Positions 10,438 through 20,636 of a stretch of 54,919 nt of DNA are shown here, in pieces. Numbering within the stretch: the stretch's first letter is position 1; the number at the start of each line of letters is the position of its first letter. The DNA is from an uncultured bacterium (GTDB taxonomy: Bacteria; Edwardsbacteria; AC1; EtOH8): NCBI GenBank assembly GCA_963780225.1, contig CAWAAX010000010.1:1-54919 (forward strand). Direction: 5' to 3'. The translations under genes and the position numbers were made by a program. The notes under the pieces are model-generated. The model made no database searches. It was not told where the DNA came from and worked only from the letters and a program-made list of their open reading frames with translations.

Positions 10438-11189
10438 TTTTTCTTCACCTTGGCCAATGCATCTTTGGCGGTCTGTATCTGCCCGGCCCCACCCTTGCCG
10501 CTTTTCATGAATATTTCCAGGGATGACAATGCTTCTTTGGTCTCGGTGTCAGTTCGGTCTTTTTTATTGGCCAGTTTGGTGCCCAAAAGATAATGGGCTT
10601 TGTAATTCAGCCCGTTGATCTCGATGGCCCGGCGCAAAGCATCCAGAGCTTCCTGGGCATAATGGGGATCATTGGAAGCATAGGCCAGATTAAAGTAGGC
10701 GTCGGAGTTTTTGGGATCCAGCTCCGTGACTTTTTTAAACGCCCAGCGGGCTGAATCGGCCTGGCCCCTCAGCAAAAGGACATAACCCAAGTTGTAATAC
10801 AGCATCGAAGCGTTGGGATTTCGTTTTATGCCGAGATACAGCACATCCTTGGCCTTAGTCACCGAATCCAAAGTCACATAGACCATGCTCAGGCTGTAAT
10901 AGGCATCCACATATGCCGGATCATACTTTACCGCCTTTAAAAAATACTGGTTGGCCTGATTATAGGCGCCGGGCTTTAAATTGCAGATGCCCAGGTTATA
11001 ATATCCGGGGGCAAAATTGCGTTTAACCTTGACGGCCTGATTGAACTCGGCCGTCGCTTTGACCGTATCGCCTTGCTGAAAATAGGCCACTCCGTTGTTG
11101 AAGAACGGATCGGGATTCCCCTGCTGACAGCCAAAAATCGAAAGCCCCATCACTGAAAGGAGAACGAATGTTGCAAGTCTGCTTTTCAT
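10434..11189 (-). CDS. TPR-repeat lipoprotein
   Basis: Lipobox-like IFGC; repeated YYNLG/AYYSL/AYFNLA TPR units. Confidence 0.85.
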   Translation of the reverse strand: MKSRLATFVLLSVMGLSIFGCQQGNPDPFFNNGVAYFQQGDTVKATAEFNQAVKVKRNFAPGYYNLGICNLKPGAYNQANQYFLKAVKYDPAYVDAYYSLSMVYVTLDSVTKAKDVLYLGIKRNPNASMLYYNLGYVLLLRGQADSARWAFKKVTELDPKNSDAYFNLAYASNDPHYAQEALDALRRAIEINGLNYKAHYLLGTKLANKKDRTDTETKEALSSLEIFMKSGKGGAGQIQTAKDALAKVKKK

Positions 11190-11237
11190 TATTATTTTGC
11201 ACTTTTCATTTTGAAATTTAAAATCTTTAGTTTACGT

Positions 11238-12008
11238 TTAAAGTCCCAGCACGTCCTGCATGTCATAAATCCCGGGCTTGGCCTTGGCCGCGAATTTGGC
11301 CGCCAGCAATGCCCCTTCGGCGAAGACCCGCCGGCTGTGAGCCTTATGGGAAAGTTCCAGAACCTCTCCCGGTCCGGCAAAGATCACGCTGTGCTCGCCC
11401 ACGATGTCCCCGGACCGCAGCGAGACCATTCCGATCTCGTCGTCCCCGCGGACCTGGTCCGCAGTCTGCCTCTGGTAGACCGGCTTGCCGCCCCGGGCCC
11501 TTTGGACCTCCTCCAGTATCCTGACAGCGGTGCCGCTGGGGGCGTCCTTCTTGTTGCGGTGATGGGTCTCGGAGATGTCGGCGTCAAATGTTTTGGGCAG
11601 TTTCTTGGCCGCGGCATAGGCCAGCTTGTAAAGCAGGTTGACCCCGATGGACATGTTGGAGGAGACCACCATCGGGATCTCCTTGGCCATCTCGGAAAAC
11701 ATTTCCTTGTGCTTCTGTTCCAGTCCGGTGGTTCCGATCACCATCGGCTTCTTCATCACCGCGGCCTTGGCGGCGTTGGCCGCCGTGGCCTCCGGAGTGC
11801 TGAAGTCTATGATCACGTCCCCGGTCTGCAGCACCAGCAGCAGGTCGTCCACCACCGCCGGGACCTTTTCGCACAGGATCTTTCCAACCTGGGGATGCCC
11901 CCGGTTCTCCACCAGGGCTGAAATGGCGTAGTCCTTGGATTCTTTTACCGCCTCGCAGATGGCCTGGCCCATCCGGCCGGCGGCTCCGCAGATGATTAGG
12001 TTGATCAT
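11238..12008 (-). CDS. dapB: 4-hydroxy-tetrahydrodipicolinate reductase
   Basis: GAAGRMG, GTTG, ETHHRNKKDAPSGTA. Confidence 0.97.
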   Translation of the reverse strand: MINLIICGAAGRMGQAICEAVKESKDYAISALVENRGHPQVGKILCEKVPAVVDDLLLVLQTGDVIIDFSTPEATAANAAKAAVMKKPMVIGTTGLEQKHKEMFSEMAKEIPMVVSSNMSIGVNLLYKLAYAAAKKLPKTFDADISETHHRNKKDAPSGTAVRILEEVQRARGGKPVYQRQTADQVRGDDEIGMVSLRSGDIVGEHSVIFAGPGEVLELSHKAHSRRVFAEGALLAAKFAAKAKPGIYDMQDVLGL

Positions 12009-12219
12009 GTTATATCCTCATAATTACTGGTCGAATCATGATTCGCCCCTGCCGCCACAGCGGCACCCCGCCAACGGCGGTGGTACAGTAACAACCAATC
12101 GTTCCAAACGGTCAAACGGTTCCAACATCGCCTTGCAATCATGCATTGCTTCTCAAACAATTCAAGCAGTGCCGGTCATTCCTGTCCGGCCCCTCAAACG
12201 CATATCCAGCCCCGCCCGC

Positions 12220-12780
12220 CTATTCAACCCGGATGTCATACTTATTAAGCAGCCCGGTCACCCCGTAAAGCGAAAACCTGGCCTTTTTGACATTGTTCTT
12301 TTCCGGATCGATGGAGTAATTCCTGGCCGTCAAAAAGTCGGCTTCCTTGATCGTGGTTTTATTGAACACGGCATTGGTCAGGTCATCATTGGCAAATACG
12401 GCCTTGCTTAGGTCGCTGTCGGTAAAATCCACGTTCCGCATCGAGGAGTTATGGAATTGGGTCTTGGCCATTTTCTTCCGGGCAAACGAGGAGTAATCCA
12501 GGATGCAGTTTTCAAATTTAACAGTGAACAGGAAGTCGGAACAATCACAGAAATTCAGGCCCAGCAATTTGCAGTCTTTAAATGTGACATCGTTCAATTG
12601 ACAGTTGCTTATCCTGGCCAGCGCCAGGTTGCAGTTGGTAAGTACGCAATCCGTGAATTTGCCGGAGGTGAACACGCCGTTGGAAAAATCACAATTTACG
12701 AAAGAGCAGTTCTCGAATTCCCCGTCCCTGACCTCCTTGGTCGTTATATTTTTAAATGTTTTACCTTCGTAAACGTTCAT
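12220..12780 (-). CDS. Pentapeptide-repeat protein (YjbI/MfpA/Qnr-like fold)
   Basis: Recurrent F.NC.F..CDFS pentapeptide pattern; AT-richer than flanks. Confidence 0.9.
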   Translation of the reverse strand: MNVYEGKTFKNITTKEVRDGEFENCSFVNCDFSNGVFTSGKFTDCVLTNCNLALARISNCQLNDVTFKDCKLLGLNFCDCSDFLFTVKFENCILDYSSFARKKMAKTQFHNSSMRNVDFTDSDLSKAVFANDDLTNAVFNKTTIKEADFLTARNYSIDPEKNNVKKARFSLYGVTGLLNKYDIRVE

Positions 12781-12971
12781 GGCCTCTACACTATAGGAAT
12801 TAAATCCAAAATTATCTTACCGGGCGGATCGTGATCCACCCCTAAAACAAACATCAACCATTTCCAACATTTCAAACATTGCCGGGCAGTTATCATTGCT
12901 TCTCCAACGTTTCCAACATCGCCTGGCTCCCTGCCTCGTTCCTCACTCGTTACCAGCACCCCGCCTGCTGT

Positions 12972-14666
<1,695 letters not shown>

Positions 14667-15497
14667 TTAAACAACGTCGGACCATTCCCCCTTGAAAACC
14701 AGGCGGACCGCCCCCTCCAGGAACACTTCGGTTATCCTGTCATCTTCTTTCGTAAAATGCACGGTCAGGGTCTCGCCCCCGTAGGTCAGGCATTCCACCG
14801 GGGAGACCGCCCGGCCCTGCAGGCCGGAGATCACCGCGGCCGCGGTGGACCCGGTGCCGCAGGCCAGGGTCTCGTCCTCCACCCCGCGCTCGTAGGTCCG
14901 GATGCTGAGATGGTGCTGGTCTATAAGTTCTATGAAATTGGCATTGGTCCCGGCGGGCTCAAACATGTCATGGTGGCGGACCTTGCGCCCGGTCTCCACC
15001 ACCGGAAAATCCTGCAGTTCCATCACCGGAATGACCACGTGGGGCACCCCGGTATCGGCGAACGAGGCCGCATAGCCCTTGGGTCCCAGGTCCAGCATGA
15101 AGTTGAGCCGGATATCGGACGGATCCTTCATCGAAAGCTTGACCCGGTTGCCGGAAACTTCGGCTTTATGCGGCCCGTCCCCGGCCTCAAAGGTCATTTT
15201 CTCGCCAACCGCGCCGATGGAATGGGCGAACCAGGCCATGCACCTGGCCCCGTTGCCGCAAAAGCTGACCTCGCCCCCGTCGGCGTTCAGGTAACGCATC
15301 CGGAAATCGGCCCGGGAGGAAGATTCCAAAAGCAACACCCCGTCCGCTCCCACCCCATTGCGGCGGTGGCAGAGCTGGGGAACAAGGCTTCGACATTGCT
15401 CAGCCGAACGTTGGGATAGTTCTTTCCCGACGATGTTCTTCCGGTTATCCAGCAGCACAAAATCGTTGCCGGTCCCGGACATTTTGTAGAAGTTCAT
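14667..15497 (-). CDS. dapF: Diaminopimelate epimerase
   Basis: KMSGTGNDF, GADG, FCGNGARC, ERGVEDETLACGTG. Confidence 0.97.
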   Translation of the reverse strand: MNFYKMSGTGNDFVLLDNRKNIVGKELSQRSAEQCRSLVPQLCHRRNGVGADGVLLLESSSRADFRMRYLNADGGEVSFCGNGARCMAWFAHSIGAVGEKMTFEAGDGPHKAEVSGNRVKLSMKDPSDIRLNFMLDLGPKGYAASFADTGVPHVVIPVMELQDFPVVETGRKVRHHDMFEPAGTNANFIELIDQHHLSIRTYERGVEDETLACGTGSTAAAVISGLQGRAVSPVECLTYGGETLTVHFTKEDDRITEVFLEGAVRLVFKGEWSDVV

Positions 15498-15598
15498 ACG
15501 GACATGGAAGCAATTAATATTTACCAGTATCCACTATTCAGTAGCCAGTAGCCGCTATAGCCCATAGTGTCTACTGTATAGTGACTACCCAGTTTGGC

Positions 15599-15820
15599 TT
15601 ACTTGACTTTTAAAACATCCACCAGCTGGTCGAACTTGGCCAGAAGTTCCTGCATCTGAGCTTCTTTCTTGGCTTTGTTATCCAGCTCACTCTGGTAATA
15701 CTCGGCGGCCTTCTTGAAGAACTTGACGCTGTAGTAGGTCCAAACCAGGGCCACGGCCAAAACTATCAGCATCACAAATCCGTAGATCGACCAATAGATC
15801 CATCCGCATGGTCCCATCAT
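15599..15820 (-). CDS. Small single-TM hypothetical protein with coiled-coil tail
   Basis: Hydrophobic segment then charged helix; GGAAGG RBS before ATG 15820. Confidence 0.6.
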   Translation of the reverse strand: MMGPCGWIYWSIYGFVMLIVLAVALVWTYYSVKFFKKAAEYYQSELDNKAKKEAQMQELLAKFDQLVDVLKVK

Positions 15821-15889
15821 ATCGAACCTTCCTTTCCCTGTTATTATGCCACCCCAAGGTTTTCGGGGTGGCACGATAACGCTGTTAAA

Positions 15890-16834
15890 TTATTTCTTTT
15901 TGGATTTGCGGTTCTTGGCCCAGTATTTGTAAAGGGTGACCATGATGGCCTTCTGGGCGTGGAGCCGGTTCTCGGCCTGGTCCAGCACCACCGAGTGCGG
16001 GCCGTCCAGCACGTCATCGGTGATCTCGTCGCCGCGGTGGGCCGGCAGACAGTGCAGGACGATCACGTCCTTCTTGGCGGCGTCCACCAGTGACTTGTTG
16101 ACCTGGTAGGGGGCGAAGATCCTGGCCCGGAGCTCTTTTTCCGATTCCTGTCCCATCGAGGCCCAGACATCGGTGTAGATGGCGTCGGCGTTCTTGACCG
16201 CCTCCCGGGGATCGCGCACTATTTCGATGGTACATTTGTTCTTAGCAGCCATCTCCTGGGCCCGGCTCAGGATGGCCTTGTCGGGATCGTAGCCCTGGGG
16301 ACAGCCCACCGCCATGTTCATGCCCAGCGCGCCGGCCGCCAGCAGCAGGGAATTGCAGACGTTGTTGCCGTCTCCGATGTAGGCCAGCTTAAGGCCCTTG
16401 AATTTCTTCTTGTATTCCAGGATGGTCAAAAAGTCGGCATAGGCCTGGCAGGGGTGCTCCAGGTCGGAAAGCCCGTTGATCACCGGCACGGTGGAGTTCT
16501 CGGCCAGGTCGGTGACGCTCTTGTGGGCAAAGGTCCGGGCCATTATCAGGTCCACCCAACGGCAGAGGTTGCGGGCGATGTCCGGAGTGGACTCGCGCTT
16601 GCCCAGCTGCATGTCCAGGTATATCCCGTGTCCGCCCAGCTGGGTCATTCCGGTCTCAAAGGTCACCCGGGTGCGCAGGCTGGGCTTTTCGAAGATCATG
16701 GCCAGGGTCCGGTCGGCCAAAAGCTTGGGAGAGCGCCCGTTTCGGGTCTGTTTTTTTATCTTGGCCGCCAGGTCAAACAACTGGTCCATCTCCTGTTTGC
16801 TGAAATCTGCTACTGAGATCAGGTCCTTTTTCAT
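15890..16834 (-). CDS. argF: Ornithine carbamoyltransferase
   Basis: FEKPSLRT, HPCQ, DVWASMGQE, HCLP, QAENRLH. Confidence 0.95.
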   Translation of the reverse strand: MKKDLISVADFSKQEMDQLFDLAAKIKKQTRNGRSPKLLADRTLAMIFEKPSLRTRVTFETGMTQLGGHGIYLDMQLGKRESTPDIARNLCRWVDLIMARTFAHKSVTDLAENSTVPVINGLSDLEHPCQAYADFLTILEYKKKFKGLKLAYIGDGNNVCNSLLLAAGALGMNMAVGCPQGYDPDKAILSRAQEMAAKNKCTIEIVRDPREAVKNADAIYTDVWASMGQESEKELRARIFAPYQVNKSLVDAAKKDVIVLHCLPAHRGDEITDDVLDGPHSVVLDQAENRLHAQKAIMVTLYKYWAKNRKSKKK

Positions 16835-16902
16835 TCTTTTCTCCAGTTAATTGGTTTATGGTCTGGGATAAATTATTTTCGGGGGAACGGGTTGTGAAGA
16901 TG

Positions 16903-17058
16903 GAGCCCCACGGGCATATCCCGTGGTACCAAACCTTAGGTTACCCCGCCCAGGGCGGGGCTATCCGACTTGTGTAATCGGCGACATCCGCCGAAGCATC
17001 TTTTATTTACGCATTCATCCACCCCGATACATCGGGGTGGTGTTCTGCGTAGGCGGAT
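16903..17058. repeat. Multi-hairpin REP/MITE-like element in the argF leader
   Basis: CCACGGG..CCCGTGG, CCCCGCCC.GGGCGGGG and CCACCCCGAT..ATCGGGGTGG hairpins; the last is enclosed by ATCCGCCGAAGC...GCGTAGGCGGAT. Confidence 0.6.
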
Positions 17059-17072
17059 AAATGTTCCTATCC

Positions 17073-17112
17073 AAAAACAGCCCGCCTGACCGGTGTGCCA
17101 GCGAGCTATTTT
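17073..17112 (-). terminator. Terminator-like hairpin between the argF promoter and argF
   Basis: AAAATAGCTCGC...GCGGGCTGTTTTT. Confidence 0.5.
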
Positions 17113-17180
17113 ATTGATTTATAACATAATGATACGACTTAAGTTATAAGATGTCATAATTTGATATTTAATAGTCCTTA

Positions 17181-17209
17181 ATTTTACTTGAAAATCGGTT
17201 ATTAGTCAA
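17181..17209 (-). promoter_or_regulatory. Sigma70-like promoter upstream of argF
   Basis: TTGACT-N17-TAAAAT. Confidence 0.6.
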
Positions 17210-17301
17210 GAGAAAAATGCCTTGAATTTCGCTGTCCTCGCATCCTGTAAAGACCACTATGACTATCCAATCGGCTCAAGAGACATGGAGAACACTTGGT
17301 G

Positions 17302-17506
17302 CCAACTCCGATTGTCGCGTTAAAACGATCAGTGAGCATCGCAGTTGATGGCGGAAAATGCTTGTCTGCATGTTTGAGGGCTGGGCCAAAGCCCGAGTTC
17401 AGACAAGCCCGTCAGCAACGAGAAGCGCAGCGCCCGGAGAGTTTTAAGCGGCGAGCTTTTTCTTTTGGTTCTTTGCTTTTTGGCGGTACAAAAAGAAAAG
17501 AACATA
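17302..17506. mobile_element. Putative non-autonomous structured element (shorter relative at 40788-40853)
   Basis: Both begin CCAACYCCGRTTGTCGCGTTAAA and end AAAGAACATA; terminal hairpin TTCTTTGCTTTTTG...CAAAAAGAAAAGAA. Confidence 0.45.
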
Positions 17507-17652
17507 GATGAGTTAAATCAGGTTTTTAGCAGACCCACTAGGTTCTTTCTACTTTGCCTGAGCAAGTCAGATAAATATTTACTGCTATTTGTCTGAGAAC
17601 TTATCAAAAACAGCTACAAGATATCGATTATTCATCGCTATTTACTAAAGCA

Positions 17653-17687
17653 CAAAAGCCGTTCCGCATTTTGCGGAACGGCTTTTG
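17653..17687. terminator. Bidirectional intrinsic terminator after hppA
   Basis: Perfect 16-bp stem CAAAAGCCGTTCCGCA/TGCGGAACGGCTTTTG. Confidence 0.85.
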
Positions 17688-17729
17688 CAGATCATTTTCT
17701 TTAGTAATACCCATTACTGAAACATCAGC

Positions 17730-20030
17730 TCAGAGGTCCGGCATCGCCTTCTTGCTGGTGACCACTCCCCAGATCAGCGCGACCGAAAGCAAAGCCACCA
17801 CGCTCCAGCCCCAGACCCCCAGCTGCTGATACTTGACGATGATCGGAGCCGCTATCAGGCTGACGATGTTGACCACCTTGATCATCGGGTTAAGGGCCGG
17901 GCCGGCCGTGTCCTTAAGCGGGTCGCCCACGGTGTCGCCCACCACCCCGGCCTTGTGGCGCTCCGAGCCCTTGCCGGTGTTGGCCGCCAGGTCCCGCGGC
18001 TCGTCCTCGATGGATTTCTTGGCATTGTCCCAGGCTCCGCCGGCATTGGACATGAACACCGCCAGCATCATCCCGGAAAGGATGACCCCGGCCAAAAACC
18101 CGCCCAGGGCTTCCACCTGCAGGATCATTCCCACTAAAAGCGGCATCACCACCGAGATGGTGGCCAGCGGAATAAGCTCCTTCTGGGCCGAAGCGGTGGA
18201 GATCCCCACCACCTTGGCGTAATCGGGCTTGACCGTCCCCTCCATGATGCCCGGGATCCGGAACTGGCGGCGCACCTCTTCCACGATCTGGGCGGCCGCC
18301 CGGCTGACCGCCCTGATGGACAGCGAGCTGAACAGCCAGGGCAGGGCCCCTCCCAGCAGGAATCCGATAAAGACCTTGGTCTTGGAGATGTCGATGCCGG
18401 CCATGACCTCGGACAGGCCCAGCCGTTCCTGGACCAGCCCCACGTCGGTGATGAACGAGGCGAACAGGCTGACGGCCGCGATCACCGCCGAGGCGATGGC
18501 CACTCCCTTGGTGATGGCCTTGGTGGTGTTGCCCACCGCATCCAGGTCGGCCATCACCTGGCGGGCCTTCTTGGTGTTCTCGTCGTGCATGTCGTGCCAG
18601 GCCATCTCCCCGATGCCGTTGGCGTTGTCGGAGATGGGCCCGAAGGAATCCATGGCCACGTTATTACCGGTATGGGACAGCATCCCGATGCCGATCATGG
18701 CCACGCCGTAAAGCACGAAGATGGCCGGTTCACCGGCATATAGCACCAGGGCAAAGATGAAGCTGATGGCGATGACCACCAGCGCCCAGACGCTGGATTC
18801 CATGCCCACCGAAAGCCCGGAGAGAATGGTGGTGGCCGGGCCGGTCTTGGTGGCCTTCACTATTTCCTTTACCGGGGCCTTGCGGGTGGAGGTGAAATAG
18901 GAGGTCAGGGGATTGAAGACCACGGCCAGGGCCACCCCGATGGTGGTCAGCATGGCCAGGCGCCAGTCGCCGGCATAGGCGATGGCCACCCAGAAGGAAA
19001 AGGCCACGGTGTTGACGCTGGAGACCTCGTAGGACCGGAACATGGCCTCCTCGGCATCGTGGGCCCTGAGGAACTTGATGGGGAACTTTTCCCAGATGGG
19101 AACGGTGAAGGTCCCCAGAATGGAGCTGATGACGCCGATGCCCCGGATGATCAGGGGATAGACGATCCATTTAAGGCTGTGGGTGGGATCCAAAGCCACC
19201 AGGGTCAGCCCCAGGATCAGGGCCGAGACGATGGTCACCTCGTAGCTCTCGAAGATGTCGGCCGCCATGCCGGCGCAGTCGCCCACGTTGTCGCCCACCA
19301 GGTCGGCTATCACAGCGGCGTTGCGGGGATCGTCCTCGGGAATGTCCTTTTCCACCTTGCCCACCAGATCGGCCCCCACGTCGGCGGCCTTGGTGTATAT
19401 TCCGCCGCCCACCCTCATGAACAGGGCCAGCAGGGTGCCGCCCAGCCCGAAGCCCAGCAGGGCGTCCGGGGCGGCGGTGCCGAAGACCACGAAGATCACG
19501 GTGCCGCCCAGCAGGCCCAGCCCGTCGGTCAGCATTCCGGTGACGGTGCCGGCGTAGTAGGAGATGGACAGCGCTTCATTGAAGCCCCTCTGGGCCGCGG
19601 CCGCCGAGCGGACGTTGGCCTGGATGGCCATCCTCATCCCCAGCTGGCCCACCAGCAGGGAGAAAGTGGCTCCCAGGATGAAGGCGATGGTCCGGCCGAA
19701 GGCCACTACGTTCCGGGCATTTTCAGCCCCGAACTCGGCCACGGCCTCCCGGCTGGGCGGGATTACGTAAACGCTTAAGAAGAGGACCACCGCCAGCAGG
19801 GCGATGGCCGGCAGGATGGTCTTTAACTGCTGTTTCAGGTAGCCGTCGGCGCCGACCCGGATGGCGTTCCAGACCTCCTGCATCTTGGCGGTGCCCTTGT
19901 CCTTGGCCATTACATTCTGCCTTAACAGCCAGGCGTAAACCAGGCTGATCACGGCCGTGATCAAGACGCAGACTATCGAGATCTGCTCAAAGTTATTGAG
20001 CCCGTGTTTGGCCAGTCCTAGAAGGTTCAT
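17730..20030 (-). CDS. hppA: Membrane-bound ion-translocating pyrophosphatase, K+-independent signature
   Basis: [45 protein letters not shown]. Confidence 0.95.
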   Translation of the reverse strand: MNLLGLAKHGLNNFEQISIVCVLITAVISLVYAWLLRQNVMAKDKGTAKMQEVWNAIRVGADGYLKQQLKTILPAIALLAVVLFLSVYVIPPSREAVAEFGAENARNVVAFGRTIAFILGATFSLLVGQLGMRMAIQANVRSAAAAQRGFNEALSISYYAGTVTGMLTDGLGLLGGTVIFVVFGTAAPDALLGFGLGGTLLALFMRVGGGIYTKAADVGADLVGKVEKDIPEDDPRNAAVIADLVGDNVGDCAGMAADIFESYEVTIVSALILGLTLVALDPTHSLKWIVYPLIIRGIGVISSILGTFTVPIWEKFPIKFLRAHDAEEAMFRSYEVSSVNTVAFSFWVAIAYAGDWRLAMLTTIGVALAVVFNPLTSYFTSTRKAPVKEIVKATKTGPATTILSGLSVGMESSVWALVVIAISFIFALVLYAGEPAIFVLYGVAMIGIGMLSHTGNNVAMDSFGPISDNANGIGEMAWHDMHDENTKKARQVMADLDAVGNTTKAITKGVAIASAVIAAVSLFASFITDVGLVQERLGLSEVMAGIDISKTKVFIGFLLGGALPWLFSSLSIRAVSRAAAQIVEEVRRQFRIPGIMEGTVKPDYAKVVGISTASAQKELIPLATISVVMPLLVGMILQVEALGGFLAGVILSGMMLAVFMSNAGGAWDNAKKSIEDEPRDLAANTGKGSERHKAGVVGDTVGDPLKDTAGPALNPMIKVVNIVSLIAAPIIVKYQQLGVWGWSVVALLSVALIWGVVTSKKAMPDL

Positions 20031-20099
20031 AGACTCTCCTCTGTTGGTGGTTGGTGGTCGATTAAACCTATGAAGCGTTAATTTACATATAAACAGTAA

Positions 20100-20129
20100 A
20101 TTTTATCATACAAACCTTAAACATGTCAA
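20100..20129 (-). promoter_or_regulatory. Sigma70-like promoter for hppA
   Basis: TTGACA-N18-TAAAAT with extended -10 TG. Confidence 0.55.
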
Positions 20130-20229
20130 TGAAGAATACGTTTTTATTTAAATGGTTTTAACAACATGCGGCAAAAAACCGCCATGACCGGCCGGACGGT
20201 GAAGCTGGCCTATTACGATTCGTTTTAAA

Positions 20230-20308
20230 ACTCATCCCCTCTTTCCCCTTCTCTTGGCTTCTTTATGGCCTGGCTTGGTGTAAGAGAAGGGGATGAAAGG
20301 GGTTGAGT
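20230..20308. repeat. Purine/pyrimidine-skewed long hairpin
   Basis: ACTCATCCCCT.TTTCCCCTTCTCTTG ... TAAGAGAAGGGGATGAAAGGGGTTGAGT. Confidence 0.6.
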
Positions 20309-20357
20309 GTGGTCATGTTGCAGTTGAGGATTAAGTTAATCAACGATGTCAGCCGTT

Positions 20358-20530
20358 TTGCCACGACCTTCAGGTCGTGGCAAGCAATCACATAAATCCG
20401 GGGGGCTTTAGCCCCAAAGAGATGATTAAAGAGATTACTTTGACTATATCATAATATGAATTAACCATCCAGGGTTGAACCCCACGAGATTATTTTTATT
20501 CTTCAACCACGAGCTAAAGCTCGTGGCAAT
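20358..20530. mobile_element. REP-doublet/MITE-like element, copy 1
   Basis: TTGCCACGACCTTCAGGTCGTGG, GGGCTTTAGCCC, GGGTTGAACCC, CCACGAGCTAAAGCTCGTGGCAAT; same order as copy at 40940. Confidence 0.75.
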
Positions 20531-20540
20531 TAACCATAGC

Positions 20541-20571
20541 AAAAAGCCCTGACGATCTCCGTCAGGGCTTT
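20541..20571 (-). terminator. Intrinsic terminator after dinG
   Basis: AAAGCCCTGACG/CGTCAGGGCTTT stem with T tract. Confidence 0.8.
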
Positions 20572-20636
20572 CCTTTGTAATATATGTAATTGTGTGATGC
20601 TCCCGTGAATTATAACCTATTCTCCATTATCCAATA

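Noticed and set aside
15890..16834. SLRT motif hinting at acetyl- or succinyl-ornithine transcarbamylase
   Set aside because: The DxxxSMG loop and HCLP of ordinary OTCase are present
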